Positions 50,985 to 63,242 of a DNA stretch of 64,000 nt are shown here, in pieces (within the stretch, counting starts at the first letter, position 1; each line of letters begins with the position of its first letter). Source of the stretch: Paragordius varius (taxonomy: Eukaryota; Animalia; Nematomorpha); NCBI GenBank assembly GCA_964247055.1, contig OZ176051.1:10788001-10852000 (forward strand), given 5' to 3'. Below the pieces are notes generated by a model, which saw nothing but the letters and a program-made list of their open reading frames with translations, searched no databases and had not been told where the DNA came from. The position numbers and the translations under genes are program-made.

Positions 50985-52842
50985 TGGTCTGACACCTAGG
51001 AATTTTTTTATATTAGAGTTTATCCATAATTTTTGACCTTGATTTAACATTAAACTCGAAATTAAATAAATTAAAAGTTTTGGATATAAATCCATGTATT
51101 TTAGAATATTCGAAAGAGCGTGAAATACTGTATCTTTCAAATGGTATAAAATCATTTATACCATTTACACTTCAAGAGTGTCCTTGAACAATTCAAGTTG
51201 GTCCTTGAACAATTCAAGTTGGTCCTTGAACAGTTCAAGTTGGTCCTTGAACAATTCAAGTTGGTCCTTGAACAATTCAAGTTGGTCCTTGAACAGTTCA
51301 AGTTGGTCCTTGAACAGTTCAAGTTGGTCCTTGAACAGTTCAAGTTGGTCCTTAAAATTTATAAATTTTGATTTAACCATAATTTTTGCATTTATTTTTT
51401 TATTTAATTATTTATTAACCTAATTTTCTTTATTTATTATATATTTATTCATTTAAAAATAAATTTTTTTATTGAAAAACCACTTTTTTTGTTTAAAACT
51501 ATTTTTTTTCAATTCAACAAAATTATTGACTTTTAAATGTTTTTAATGAAAAATTTTAATTTATAACCCAGAAAACTTATATAATTTTTCATTTCATGTT
51601 AAAATCTTATAAATATCCAAATTTATTTTAAGAAATTAATAAAGATATACGGTTTTTCAAAGATTAAAAGTTGATATCGATTTAAAATTTATGTTAAATA
51701 TTAGAAAATATGTTAAAAACAATAAAATAGACGAATTATTTTCGATTTGATTAATAAAAGTTAAAAACAAAGCAAAAAAGTTAAAGGACCAACTTGAATT
51801 GTTCAAGGACCAACTTGAATTGTTCAAGGACCAACTTGAACTGTTCAAGGACCAACTTGAATTGTTCAAGGACCAACTTGAATTGTTCAAGGACACTCTT
51901 GAATTGTTCAAGGACCAACTTGAACTGTTCAAGGATCAACTTGAACTGTTCAAGGACCAACTTGAATTGTTCAAAGACCAACTTGAATTGTTCAAGGACA
52001 CTCTTGAAGTGTAAATGGTATATTAATCGGATGTATAAATTATTTGGGTTTATATGATCGAAATTTTCAAATCTTACATAAGTCAAAAATTTTTACAGAC
52101 AAACTAATTTGAAAATCATATAAATCATTTTAATATAATTATTAGGGTTATATTAGTAGTTAATTTAAAAAAAATTTTGGAAAAAGCTTTTGGTTTGTTT
52201 TTTTAATAAAATTATGATTATCATAAATATTTTACCTAGTCTATATTAAAACATAGTTATACCTAAATTTATTACATGATAACCTATTTTGTTTTTATCT
52301 TTAAAATTTCGATATTATCAGCCTCCTAAAGAAAATAAATTAATAATAATGGGATGGTAATTTTTAAAAAACAAAAAATTTAAAAATGGCTCTTTAAGTG
52401 ACACAAAAGCATTTAAAAAATATCAAAAAAAATTTCTTGTATTATCTTTTTTGGACATTCATCACCATCTAGACAAAGTTTGAGTTATTTTTCATTAGTT
52501 TTAATAATGTATTAATTTAAAAAATGCTCTCGCTTCGCGCGTTTGTCGCTCTCTGTGTCCAATATTAACTGTCGACGTAATATATATTAGTATCCATTTT
52601 AATGAGTTTTTATTACTCTTTCGAATGATATATTACAAATAAGCATTTCTTGTATATTTTCAAAGAGAAACATTTTTTGTAAATATTTAATAAAGAGGGG
52701 CATAATCAAAAAAATCAAATTATACCAAATTCTTAGGTAAAGTTATTTCTATTTCGGATTTACTGTTAAAAATTAAAATGATACTAAATATCCGAAAATG
52801 CAAAAAACCCGAGTGGCAGAAAAATTTGTTGTCCAGTGTAAT
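50985..52842. repeat. Left member of a ~1-kb inverted repeat pair, interrupted by a MITE
   Basis: Reverse-complement similarity to 56245-57190 along its length (e.g. CTCTCGCTTCGCGC...GTCCAATATTAAC; AAATTTGTTGTCYAGTGTAAT), continuing on both sides of the 51161-52018 insertion. Confidence 0.75.
51161..52018. mobile_element. Young foldback MITE, CCATTTAC subfamily with variant 21-bp unit
   Basis: TATA|CCATTTACACTTCAAGAGTGTCC ... GGACACTCTTGAAGTGTAAATGG|TATA. Near-perfect TTGAACAATTCAAGTTGGTCC units, ~8 left and ~11 right, around a ~430-bp AT core. Confidence 0.9.
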
Positions 52843-52843
52843 G

Positions 52844-54031
52844 TAATGTGACCAGATAGGCTGTTTTTCGCAGTACAGTACTGGATTTAGAAAAAAACTG
52901 CGATTGAACTGCGCCCACTTTTGTACTGCTTTTTGAAATTAAATTAATTATTTATGATTATATATATTAATTATCTTTTTTCTTAAAAATTATTTTAGAA
53001 TTTGATAGAGTACACTCTGCAAAAATAAACCCATAATTTGTAAAAATATTGTTTATTTTGCGGTAAAAAACTAAGATTGGCCTATTTTAAATTGGTTAAT
53101 ATTTTTTAGCACAAATTATACATAAAATTGGATTAAGAATCGGTCAAACCACTATTGCAGCCTTTCGCGCAGTGGAAAAACTATAAATATCGGACTCCAC
53201 CGTAAGGTTCAGCATGGGCTTCTGCAAATAAAGGTGCCTCAAATTTAAAATTAACAAAAAATTAATTTATTATATTTTAATTGTTTGAATAAGGTTAGAG
53301 GCTTCATTTTTTGTTAAAATTATCAAACGGAAAATTTTATAGAAATTTGTTATTTCCGTAACTATTATTTAAAATTCATTATTATGGCATATGATTTTAA
53401 AATAACCTTTATTTGGTAAAAATTAAGAGATTTACGTTTTTCATTAGGTGTGAGGTATGATACGTATTTTTTTCCCTAAACTTTATGTTTATTAGTTTTC
53501 TTATTTTTTGCAATAATTATGAGATTTGTTGAATACTTCTAACGATTTTGAAGCATGATGGAAATGGTTCGCTTTAAGGATATAATAACTCTAATTATTT
53601 TTTAAATAATTCGATCATGTTAATTTTAATTTAAAGGTTTGTTTGCTTTCAAATTTTGGTAAATTTTCGTTAAAAAACACAATTTTTATTTAACATAAAA
53701 TTAAAAACGAACGAATATTTTAATCAAAATTTGAGAAAGTAGTATTATCAAATTATATAAAAATGTTATAACAACCGTTTATATCCTTTCCATCTTGCTG
53801 AAATTAGTATGAAATATGCTTCAACAAAATTTTCTAAATTTAAAATTTGAAAGTATGAATTTTTTAAAAATATATTTAGTTGATATCAAAGCAACATATA
53901 TTTAAAACTATTGCATAATCTCAGATCGCGATAAGAGAACAGTTCATTTTAGAAGAGCCAAAATATTTAAGACTTGCAAAGCCCACATCTTAAAACTTAA
54001 ACCAAAAGCACCATGATAATCCTGATAATTT

Positions 54032-54066
<35 letters not shown>

Positions 54067-54171
54067 TGTGGAATTTTTTTGTGGTCACTGTATACCACAC
54101 CTATGCTGTAAAAACAGGCAAAGTAATTTAATTTTGTACTGCGTCCAAGTTCAAAATATCTGGTCACATTA
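52844..54171. mobile_element. Non-autonomous hAT element, 1.33 kb
   Basis: TIR TAATGTGACCAGATA / TATCTGGTCACATTA with perfect 8-bp TSD GTGTAATG (52836-52843 and 54172-54179). Confidence 0.85.
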
Positions 54172-55173
54172 GTGTAATGGTAAATTGAATCCCTGCATCA
54201 TATTAAAAATTTCTGTTATGTTAAGATTGTATGTTTCTTATTGTTAAGCCTAAAGTTTTCGTCAAATATTTTACTCCAAAAAATTATAATAATTTAATGG
54301 TTTACTAAAATTGTCAATAAAAACTTTTATTATTCTGATGATGATAAATGCTCATCGAAAAACAAAATATTTTGATATAGGATGTGATCGGCGGGGACGA
54401 AAATTTGATATTCTACTCGAACATTGGAAAGAATATTTTGTATAGCACTCAAAATTATTAGCACTTTTGTGGCTATTTTATTTATCACGGTCCACAAAAT
54501 TTGTTCCAAAGAATAAAATAATTAATTTTTCATTCAAAATAAGCAACATCTTTTAATTGAACCGCAAAAATTTTAATTGCATTCATCCAAACGCACTGCA
54601 ACATTTTATTATTTATAGACACTACTTTTTTAAGGCATCTCTAAACAGTTTTTTAAATCAACTAAGCTATTTTTAGGTAATTTTAGCGTTAGATCAACAA
54701 ATTACAAATATAAAAGACTTATATTTTATATCTTGTGTTTTTTACAATCTAAAATAATATTAATTTAAAATCTTAAAATATAACATTCGTATATTTGCGT
54801 AGCTTGTAGTTCAAATCTTCCTCCTAAAAACTGGAATATATCCTTAATTTGGGTCATAAGATTAAATTGGGATAAGTGCTATATATAGTTATATTTAGTT
54901 CCATTAATGTAATGATTTTCGTAATTGTTGTGTGTACATTAAATCAATTATGAAATATAAGAAGATTATTTGTCCTTTTAGACGCGTTGCGCTTTTAAAG
55001 GATGCAATACCATACTTATTTTATGATTGGACCGACCCTTTGGATTGCAATATAAAATAAATAAAAGAGGATAATTTTTCTAAACCTAACATTTTTGCTG
55101 GAATAGAAGTTGTTGTTTTACTACATGTATAAATCATCATGATATCTTTAATTTTTGTAAAACTACTTTGATT

Positions 55174-56130
55174 ATGCTAACTTTTATTTTCGTTAGCGTT
55201 ATTTTGACTACAAATGCTGCATTTACCATATCGATCATTCTGATTGGATTTTATAAGTGGGGGAAAAGGCGGTTTTGTAATTCTCAATTTTGGTTATATA
55301 TGGTATTTGTATTGTGTCACCTAATTATAATTTTAGCGTTTATCTATGAAAGAATCTACGTGTCACGACACAAATCATTTCTAAAATTAATTCGAGTTGC
55401 CAGTTCCCTTATAATGATTTTAACCAAATTGATCCTAATAAATACAGTCATGATTAAATGTATATCGATTGTACCTCGATATAAACAATTTAAAAAATAT
55501 CTGATAAACAGTTTTAGCCTAATGTATGCCATATTTATTTTAGAATTCTTAGCCTCTCTATATGCAAAAACATTTAAATGTAATGTGAAAAGGAAAAGAA
55601 AAAAAATATCGTTGTTACCAAAGATTTGTTTTTTTTGTTCACCTAACCGAACAAATTTTTCATATTTTATATATATTTCAATGTCCTTAATGTCAATTAT
55701 AACAATGACATTTGCTGTCTACTGTTTGGTTAAAAAACGGGTTGCCTTAAACAAAATTGGTCATATGCAAATGGTACAAAAGTTGGTCAAAAAAACACTA
55801 CCAATTATTGATGTCTCCTTAATTGAAGGTTCATACCACCCCCAGAATGTAGGTGAAAGAAATAATGATAACCCTGAAGAAAATCAACATACGGGTATCA
55901 ATTCAATTACAATGGGTAGGATAGAGAGATACCTAAAGGCCTGTGAAACTATAAAGGTCACATTGATTTTATCATGTTGTAATTTACTCCTTTTTACCAT
56001 TTGTATAATATTGGACTCATTCATTCAATTTCGTGGTAAAATGCTTTTGGTCGGTTTCATTCATAACCTTCAAATTGTTGTAACTTTACTTTTACAACCG
56101 CACAAGAATATTATTCAAGGATTCCAATAA
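55174..56130 (+). CDS. Divergent intronless seven-transmembrane (GPCR-like) protein
   Basis: ~318-aa ORF with seven hydrophobic segments, a Cys in the TM4-TM5 loop and a long basic/polar loop between TM5 and TM6. Canonical DRY and NPxxY motifs are absent. The first in-frame ATG is at 55174 (the track starts at TTG 55168). Confidence 0.65.
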   Translation: MLTFIFVSVILTTNAAFTISIILIGFYKWGKRRFCNSQFWLYMVFVLCHLIIILAFIYERIYVSRHKSFLKLIRVASSLIMILTKLILINTVMIKCISIVPRYKQFKKYLINSFSLMYAIFILEFLASLYAKTFKCNVKRKRKKISLLPKICFFCSPNRTNFSYFIYISMSLMSIITMTFAVYCLVKKRVALNKIGHMQMVQKLVKKTLPIIDVSLIEGSYHPQNVGERNNDNPEENQHTGINSITMGRIERYLKACETIKVTLILSCCNLLLFTICIILDSFIQFRGKMLLVGFIHNLQIVVTLLLQPHKNIIQGFQ

Positions 56131-56244
56131 AGATATTTTAATCATTAAATGTTTAAATATTTGCACCTTTTTATATTGATGTATATCCTTTTGTTGATCT
56201 AGATGTATGTGTGATATTTGTGTCCTAATTTTTATCACTATCGA

Positions 56245-57190
56245 TATATAATTACACTAGACAACAAATTTTTCACTCGAATTTTGCATTTTCTGATATT
56301 TATTATCATTTTAACATTACTGAAATGAATTGTTTATTTGATTATCCCTCTTTGTCAAAATTTTACTATATTAAAATATACAATAAATGCCTACTTGTAA
56401 TATATCATTTAAAGGAGTAATGAAAACTCTATAAATACTGATATATTTTACATCGATTGTTAATATTGGACATAGGAAGCGATGAATGCGCGAAGCGAGA
56501 GTGTTTTTAATCTATATATTTTTAAAAACTAATGGATGAAAATAGCTACTACTCTTTCTAGATGGCAATACCAGATACCACAAGAAAGTCTTTTTGATTA
56601 AAACACTTATTTATTGCTTTTATGTCATTCAAAACAGCTATTTTTAAGTAATTTTTTTAAAAAATTACCATCTCATCAATATGAATTTATTTTCCTTAAG
56701 GAGGCTTATATTTTGAAATTTCAAATACTAAAAATAAAGTTTGATTTTTTTTATTTTTTGACGATTATATAAATTTACAGTTATAACTATGCATTTTAGT
56801 ATAACTTGGTAAATAATTTGATAATAATAATTTTTATTAAAAAAGCAAACCAAAAGTTTTTTTAAATATTTATTTTACATTTTTTTACTAATGTAACCGT
56901 ATTAATTATATTAAAATAATTTATATGATATTTAAATTAGTTTGTCTGTCAAAATATTTGACTTGTTTAAGGGTTGAAAATTTTAAAAACCATATAATAT
57001 TAATATCAGATTAATTTAAATGACCAACTATCATTCGAAAAATTCATTTTTTGCGCTGTTTCGAATGCTAAAAAACACACATGGATCTATATCTAAATTT
57101 TGAATTTCAAAAATTTCATGTTGAATGTAAAATCAGGGCCAAAAATTATCGATAAACCCTAATAAAAATAATTCTTAGGTGCTAGACTAT
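56245..57190. repeat. Right member of the ~1-kb inverted repeat pair
   Basis: Reverse complement of 50985-52842 without the MITE; carries the empty insertion site. Confidence 0.75.
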
Positions 57191-57201
57191 ATATTATTTT
57201 T

Positions 57202-59998
57202 GTTGGTTGGTTGGTTTTTAAGTCGTAAACGACTTTTTGGATATAGTTTTAACTATTTTGTTCCTTATTTTCTCTATCTTTAACCGCTATATTGAGCTCT
57301 TACAATGTCATTTTGGTCTCTTCTTTTATCGTATCCAAACACCTCATCGGTGGTCGGCTTCGTTTCCTTTGCCCTTCTACCTTCCCAAACATTGTATCTT
57401 TCTCCAGAGAATTCGATCGCATGACATGACCAAAATATGTTAACTTTATTTTTAGAATCTCCAGGATGTTTGTTTTAGGTTTTATTTCTGAAGTTAGATT
57501 TCCATTCTTAATTTTATCCTTCCAGGTGTATTCTAGCATCCTACGCCAGCAGCTCCTTTGAAAAGCCATGAGCCTTTCTTTGTCCCTTTTTCTGAGAAGA
57601 CAACTCTCACATCCATATGTGGTGACCGGGAGAACTAAACAGTAGAGTAATCTTATTTTGGTTTCAACTCCTACGCTTTTGTTTTTCCAAATCTTTATTA
57701 ATTTAGTCATCGCTTCTCTACCCAATCCTATTCTCTTTCTGATGTCAGGAGTTATAGACCCATCCTCTGAAAATATTGCGCCCAAAAACGTTAACTGTTT
57801 AACTATTTCCATTTCTACTCCTTCTATAATAATTGTAGGCTTTTTTCCTGTACATAATATTTTGGTTTTGTTAGTAAGCTTAAGACCATAACTCAAACTT
57901 TCCTTTCGAATCACTTCAATCAATTCCTTCAAATCATTTGCACTTTCGGCTATAAGAGTGGTATCGTCTGCAAACCTTAAATTATTGATTGTTCTCCCTC
58001 CTATTCTTGCTCCAATATTTTTACCATCCAACTTCCTCATTATCATTTCTGTGCACATATTGAACAGATAAGGGGATAAGCAACACCCTTGTCTGACTCC
58101 TTTCAAGATAAGTATTTCGTCTGTGTCCCCCGCTGATGTTCTAATAATCGCTCTTTGTTTTACATAGAGAGCTAATCAATCTTATAAAGTGAGACAATAC
58201 CCCTACTAACTTTAATGTTTCCCACAAGCAGTCATAGTTAATTGAATCGAAGGCTTGTCTGTAATCAATAAAACACATGTATAATCTATAATTCTTTCTC
58301 TAACTCTTTTGATGTTTCCATTATCCTTTCATGTTTGAGATATGGTCTCTTGTGCTTTTTCCCTTCATAAATCCGGCTTGATTTTCTGGTATTTCTGTCT
58401 GTATGATACTGTGCATCCTGTTTTGTATTACTTTTAGTAAGACCTTACTAGCGTGGCTAATAAGAAATATGTTCCGATAGTTCTCGCACTGGAGTACATC
58501 TCTTTTTTTGTATATTGGGGGATATACAGATGATGTCCAGTCGTTTGGCCACTCACATGTTTCCCTCACCTTTTGACATAACTTGTGTAACGTTTCTACA
58601 GGAATAGCTTTTATGAACTCTATTGGGATATTGTCTAATCCCATTGCTTTGTTGTTAGGAATTTGTTTTAAGGCTAATTCAACCTCCTCTCTTAATATAT
58701 CTGGATCACGTTCTTCTTCTTTTAATTGCAACACTTTTGAGGAGCCTTATAGAGTTTTTGGGTGCATTCCTTCCATCTTTCTCGTACTTCTGTTTGTTTG
58801 CACAATATGGTGCCATTATCTTTTTTAATCTTTTGGGATGATATAAAAGGTTTATGAGTCATTTGCTTCAGTTTCTGGAACATTGGTTGCATTAATCCTT
58901 TTTTGTTATTTAATTCCACTTCCAGACATTGTTTATTAAGAAAATCTTCATAATCCTTCCTTGTTTGTCGTTGAAATTCTTTGTTATATAATTTTACCAT
59001 TTTATTATCCCTTAATTTAGCTTTTCTCCTCTTTTCTGCTGTCTCTAAACTCTTCTCTGATATCCATTTGTTATCTTTCCTCTTTACTCTCTGCACTTTT
59101 TCTTTTGCCACTTCATTAACAACATTTTTTATCGTTCCCCATAATTGTTCTGAATTCATTGTCCAATCTTTCTAATCTATCTTTTGTTTCTGTTCTAAAA
59201 CTATTTGGAATGTTCCGAGTGTCATATCTGTATATCTGTTTAACCTTATTTTTAATTATTTTAAGTTTGATTTTGGTTACTAGAAGCTCATAATCGCTAG
59301 AGCAATCCCTGCTTTTGCTTGTTTTGGTATCGATTATAGAGCTTTTCCATTTTTGAGGACATATTATGTAATCAATTTGGTTCTTATATTTACCACATGG
59401 AGAGGTCCATGTGTATAACCTCCTATTGTGTTGTGGAAACCATTTGTTGGTCATCATCATCTCATTTTCTTGACAAAAATTGATCAGTGCTTTCCCGGCC
59501 TCGTTTCGTTCTCCCAATCCATATGGGCCAACTATTTGATCTACTCTACCTCTACCAACTTTGCTGTTCCAATCCCCTCCTATGATAATCATATCTCCTT
59601 TCTTCGTTTCATCCAAAACTATTTGCAACGTTGCATAAAAATCCTCTATGTCTTCTTTGGGAGCGTTTGATGCAGGAGCATAGACTACTATGTATGTAAA
59701 TTTAAGTGTTGGCATTCAGCCTAATACTCATGATTCTGGGTGTATATGGTGTATAACTAATGAGACTTTTATTTAATTTGTTTTTTATACTGCAACGCCT
59801 TCTGACTTCTGGTCATCTCTCCCCGATCTTAACAATGTATAATTTTCGTTTTGTACTTTCGCGCTACCTTTTTGCTTGGTTTCCGTTAGACCCAGTATAT
59901 CTAATTTCAATCTTTCCATTTCTTTTTCAATTATCACCTGTTTGGTTTCAGGAACGTACGTTCCAGCATCCAACTTTGATAAGTCGCGTTAAGTTCAT
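57202..59998 (-). mobile_element. Near full-length, frameshifted RTE-clade LINE (APE + reverse transcriptase)
   Basis: APE motifs GCWNVR, DILGLTET, GDWNSKVG, NQIDYII; RT motifs NYRNI, QAGF, RQGCCLSPYLF, LRFADD. 3' stem-loop AAGTCGTTTACGACTT and (CCAA)n tail at ~57202-57236 are typical of RTE/BovB-like 3' ends. Confidence 0.92.
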
Positions 59999-60555
59999 AT
60001 AGTAAAACTATTTTTTGGCAGTATTAAACGAGGGTGGTTTGCCATTGCTTCCCTCTCACTTACCCTCTTTACAAAAAAAAATAAATATCTAGAATAATAA
60101 ATAAAATTAAAGAGTAATCTTTATAAATGTTGTTAATTTGGATAAATTATAAATATTAATATTTCTCTGTCTAGCAATCATAAAAGAAAAATATAAAGAT
60201 ATGGATAGGCTAGTAAAAATAAAATAATTAGGCACCAAGGAGTAGAGAAAAAAAAGAGATGATATGTATAACAATGATTTTTGACTTATGAATTATATTA
60301 CTCTTTAAATTACATACTTAGCATACAAATAAAAAACTCTACAAAACAAAGAAAAAGATTAATAATTACTAAAAGGAAACATATTTTTAAATATATTTAT
60401 AGTATTTAATAATATAAAATAATACTCTCCTTGAATGTCTTGCCGCTTTTAATCACATGATTTCATGCATAATGAAATATGACTGTACTTTAATGAAATG
60501 AATTTTAAATTTACACGAATGACAGTTAAAAAAAGTAAAATATTGTCCAGTGTTA

Positions 60556-61785
60556 TCTATATAATAAATACAGAATTGAGCAAGAAATCGGGTAAACGTA
60601 ATTCCAAAGTGGATCATCCATTAAACCTGACTTAGAAGAGCCACATTTTTGAATAAGCCCATTTTGAGTCCCACCTGTTTAAAGATGGGAATTTTAAAAA
60701 ATAGATTTCCCTAAATATTGTGTTTTGTGACAACTTAGTAGAGTAGCCTTATTTAATTAACAATTTATGTATGTTCCGATAGACTAGCCACTTTTTTGAG
60801 TTGACCAGTTTATATATCTGCTCGCCCCTGTAAAATGCCATTTATGCATAAAACCAGGTCCTTAATGAATTAAACATTAATTTGCCCGTGAAGTCAAAAT
60901 TTTTTTAACCCCCTATTTACATCAACCGATGTGTAGCCGCTTATAATATGTCACCACTTAAAAAATGTAGCTTTGAAGTTTTCAGAAAATCAACAGTCAC
61001 ATGGGTTTCTAAAAGCTTAATATATTTTCCGTAAGAAATATATATCTAATATATATTCTTTTAGCCGTTGGTCAGTGTCCCATGCCGTTAAAAGTTCCGC
61101 CATAGAAATATAATTTAGTCTTAAAGCTTTTTTCGAAAAACCTAATAAAGAAAGGATTCAATATTGGTTTTATGAGTTCCCCGTATGAGGACAATTTTTT
61201 GAGCGCTTTTTTTCTAATATCTAAGATTTTTGCGCCACCATAGAAAATGCCTCGGCTGTAGGCATGTTTTCAAAAAAAAACCATGAAACCATATGGAATC
61301 AAGAATAGTTTTAGGACTACACAAAGTAAAAGTTTTAATCTATCGCTTTTTTAATTGCCCGTGGGTAGACTTCCATAGCCTCTGTAAAATAAGCCACCAT
61401 GTAAAAATAATTAAACTTTAAAACCAATTTTTCGAAGTGTATATATATATGGGATCAATAAAGTTTTAATTCTCACAAAAGTCAAATACATTAGGTGAGT
61501 GCTTTTTTAATTTGCCGCTGGGTAGGGCCTTACCGTTATGGCACCCTGCAAAATCTAAAGCATAAAAGCAGACAATCCAAAGCCAAATGCCATAAAATTT
61601 ACCTTATCACTTTCCCCACTAAATTCAAACACAATTTTGGTTATTATAATTCGTGTTTCACAAATATTTGAACTGTTTTTATATTACACCAGTTTTTTAT
61701 CCTCAAATCATTGCAGAATAAATATTGTTTGACCCTAAGTTGATGGTTTTGATTAAGCCACAGCGACGTGTCCCAGGGTGACTAG
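60556..61785 (+). mobile_element. Non-autonomous Helitron-like element with ~160-bp internal repeats, second copy
   Basis: 5' A|TCTATATAATAAA and 3' GCCACAGCGACGTGTCCCAGGGTGACTAG|T. Internal diverged units (CATATGGAATC, GGGTAG, GTAAAAT..GCCACCAT) resemble 44200-45650. Confidence 0.65.
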
Positions 61786-63242
61786 TATTGTTATAAATTA
61801 TGAATCCAATATGAAAATGGAAACGTTTGTTTAATGGTGGTCTTTTGTTGAAAGGTAGTGCCTATGATTTTTAGACATTGCGTAACTTAAAAAACACATT
61901 TAATATACATTTAAATCTAATATCCGATGAGAATTTTGGTTACAAATATTAACTGCTTTAATTTAATAGTCTAATTTCAACAATTTTTTATTTTGTCATT
62001 TCGTGTTTGATTATGTCTTTTGAATAGGAAGAGTTTCTGGCCATTGTATTTTGATCGCCTATGAATGGAGATATTCAGTCATTAAAAATGGTAAAATATT
62101 TAACAATTAATTGAAATAAAACAATATAAACCAGGGTTTATTCATTTTTTTGTTTCTTCCACTGCACGTTTTTTAAAATCGGGTCCCGTCAAAATGGTTT
62201 TGGGTGATAGTTGTAAAAATTATACGGACAAAACGTAAAATATAAATTTTTTTTTCAAAAGACATTTTAAACTTAAATTTATCCTATAAAACTCATTTAT
62301 ATACAGGCGTAAAATACTTAGATTTTGCTACCAATTTATACTTTATTTTGCGATTTATAACAATCAATTATATTTAAAATTAAACATATAAAAAGTATGG
62401 TTATCTTTTAGAAAAAAATATTTGTCTTTATACTTTTACGTATTGTCCTAATAATTCAATTTTTAGTGTAGGTCCTTTTTCCCAAAATATCTGATTTCGT
62501 GTATTTAGTCGTTTCATCAGCTACTTTTAAAATATTATAAAAAAAATTTCTAATGATAAATACAAATAGCTGCCTACAACATATCTTGATTATTATTATC
62601 CTTTCTCATTTTTAGAAAAAGTCTTTTAAATTAAACATTATATATGATATGAGGGATATCAAGATAACATTGTTTCAAATATAATTTCCAAGATTATATT
62701 TTACAACAGTTTAAAACAGCGGTTACGGGTAAAAAAATGATAAGGCACTTTCTCGACTTTTCTTATTGTTTCACACGGGAAAAAAGTCGTTTTGGTCCCA
62801 ATTTTTGGATAATGCATTCATAATTTAAAAAGAATTTATTCTTTTGTGGAAACGTTGCCGCAGGAATTATTAAAAATGGATTTTGCCGTTAGCTTCTGGT
62901 AGAAAACATATTTAATACAACTTATAATGTCCAAATTTTAAAATTTTATTTTTGGTTGGTTTTTTTGTCCTTTTTAAAAAGGGATGTAATATGTAAAAAA
63001 TTACATTTATTTATAAAAACATAGAAAAATGATAAAACATTTAAAACTAAATTAGGAATCGATCGATATTATTACAATCAACATATTTACCATTGTTATA
63101 ACACACCCATACATTTTATTAACAATAATGTATTTTGTTTAATGTAAACATATTGAAACTAATATTATCTAACTGGCAATCTCAATGTTGACCTTAACCA
63201 AGTTAAACAATATATTAAGTTACCGTTTAATAAGTAATAAGT

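Noticed and set aside
51161-52018. CRISPR-like appearance of the short regular repeats
   Set aside because: Units are directly abutting with no unique spacers, are arranged as inverted arms, and there are no cas genes; the context is eukaryotic.
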